A DNA stretch of 64,000 nt from assembly GCF_001949145.1 (NCBI RefSeq), contig NW_019091355.1, forward strand, positions 4,227,374 to 4,291,373. Reading direction: 5' to 3'. The notes below the pieces were generated by a model that saw only the letters and a list, made by a program, of their open reading frames with translations, made no database searches and was not told where the DNA came from. Below, piece by piece: positions 61,969-64,000 of the stretch (its first letter is position 1; every line of letters begins with the position of its first letter). The position numbers and the translations under genes were made by a program. Source of the DNA: Acanthaster planci (lineage: Eukaryota).

Positions 61969-62417
61969 AGAGGGATCCCAATACAATGGTTTTAGCGTCG
62001 ATCTGCGCACTTCCGCGTTTGAAAACGAGGCTGTATGTGTCAGCTTCAATTCTTAATACGATCAAACGATTGAAAGTAAGGAGTCAAGACACAAAATGCA
62101 TAAAGGTATGTNNNNNNNNNNNNNNNNNNNNNNNNNNNNNTTTTCAGGCTGCAAATTTTTGTGGAAGAGTCTTTCAGGATGACTCGACATGTAAAATCAA
62201 AAGAAAAAATAACGACAATTTACCGCGAACTAACGTACCTGCGATGGTCCTGTATCATGTACAGTGGGCGTGGTTTAAAATGAAGTGGCGTCACACTTAC
62301 GAACTGGATACTCCATGTACTGTGTGGACTCCGCGGGCGCGCGCGACCAAGATCAACACAGAGAGCCTCAGTTTCGATGCAGATATGCACAGACGGTGCT
62401 AATGTGAAATCCCTCTA
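61969..62417. mobile_element. Non-autonomous DNA element, copy 2 (inverted relative to 46380-46760; contains a small gap)
   Basis: agagggatcccaata ... taatgtgaaatccctct termini. The interior is the reverse complement of 46380-46760. Confidence 0.75.
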
Positions 62418-64000
62418 TTGTACATGTATGTGCAGTGTGTGATACACATAACATGTACTGCATGTGCATGCACATACTTCAGTGGGCTTTCCTTGGTGAT
62501 GGGGAGGGCACAGAGTAAGGAAGTCTGGTTCCCAGACCACAAGATGCTGACCGCTTTAGGTCTGGTACAGTAGCCGCCATAGTCAATTAGGAATTCTTCC
62601 CAATTTCCAAATATACTGTACATACATCAATCGGTACATGTACATGTCAAAAATTAAACTAACTTACAGTTTCATTTGTTTTCAGTTCAAAGTGACCTCA
62701 GCCACAACTGCTGACAGCCCAAGTCTGTCCACAGCGGATGGAAAACAGTTGAATATTAGAACTTGTGTCAGAATTTTTCGAATGATGGAATTGGCAGCTT
62801 GCCAATAACAGGACACCTATGTACACTGTACGCTACACATGCATATTTCATCACACAGGTTTAATACACCTAATGGAATTTTTCATTGGCTTAAATTGCT
62901 CATTTTTGCACGTCAGCACAGTTTCGATAATCCAAATAGCATTAGCCTTTATTAGATTTCAGAATTCTTAGCAGTGGCCCCGTCTCCACCTTTCACTCTC
63001 ACCAACCATCAGATTCCTATATTAGGTAAATCCCGGCAGCCTTTACATGTACTGTACATATGCATTATTTGCCAGGTACACTGTACACTGAACGTGTGTA
63101 CTGTACACAAGGGCATCAAAATACCCAGAATGCACCAGTGGAGTTTGGCTGTCAATTCCCAGGGCATGGATCCCAGACAGTTTTGCCACCCTGATTAACA
63201 TCCTCCATCACTCAGATCAATCATTCTGTATTGACTCTTTAGGGACCAACAGGACACGTAACTGACTTGCTAAATTTCTTGTCAGGTGATTTCTGTCATT
63301 ATGCCGCCTTATTTTTTTCAATTTACTGAAACATGGACAATACCGCATGTACTTGTAATTACATGTAGTTACTTGCATTTTGGAGCTGTGGACTGTAAGA
63401 CGTTTTCACAAGGCTTGTACATGTACATGTATTTAAGTAAATTATACATGTACATGTACTTTCTTAATTTTGCAGATTGCCGGTACATGCACTGGTACCG
63501 TACATTTAGCTGATGTTAGACTGTACCATGCATTAGGCATTACATTTTTATATCATTTCTAAATTTACCTTAAATACACCTGTAGTTTATGAATGAAAGT
63601 ATTTATAGTGAAGGAAATTTATTGCGTTTGAGTACATGTACCAGTTTGCAGTTTCTACGTAATGATAAATCCTCAGAAGTGAGATTTCTCAGCTTTTTAG
63701 CTGATTTCAGCTTTTTTTGTTTTGGATTTCAGCTTTTTTTCCTCACTGGCTGTGTACAGAAGTAAAGGAGATTTTCACAGTTCAGCTTCTTTACGCCTTT
63801 TTTCCAGCTGTTTTCAGCCACATGTATTTTTATCATTGATCAATGTCACGCCTGAATCCTACTGGCATATGCTTTATGTTACCAGTGTGCATACCGTTGG
63901 TACATGATTTGATAGCTGTAGATAAACCTCGCCAAGGTTTGTTTTCCTTAGTTCCCATCATGATGTATCATTCCTATGTTTTTACACCTTCGGGTTTGTT

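Overview
This is eukaryotic (metazoan) genomic DNA with spliceosomal introns and four N-gaps. The gene and repeat content suggests a marine invertebrate, possibly an echinoderm or other deuterostome, but that is inference only. Genes assembled by hand from GT-AG junctions: (1) an intronless rhodanese + dual-specificity phosphatase resembling STYXL1/MK-STYX but with an intact catalytic HCxxGxxRS (minus, 3154-4149); (2) a six-exon mitochondrial MTHFD2 (minus, 10462-15346, 330 aa); (3) two head-to-head TMEM243/DUF2678-like paralogs that the ORF track does not assemble (minus 18106-21692; plus 24801-26837); (4) a two-exon muscarinic/histamine-like aminergic GPCR with a 1-nt frameshift (minus, 32720-41057); (5) the first coding exon of a PDZ-domain gene (plus, 50068-50220). 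The GPCR intron holds a full-length but decayed Transib (RAG1-related) transposon (33469-39161) with RSS-heptamer-like termini and a CGNCG target duplication. Its transposase is interrupted by a solo LTR and a tRNA-derived SINE. A Penelope-like remnant with a minimal hammerhead ribozyme motif lies near 32.3 kb. There are also LINE fragments and many MITEs. I cannot demonstrate a wholly new system. The best leads are the nested Transib, the catalytically intact STYXL1-like gene, the divergent TMEM243 pair with a palindromic double splice donor, and the hammerhead.
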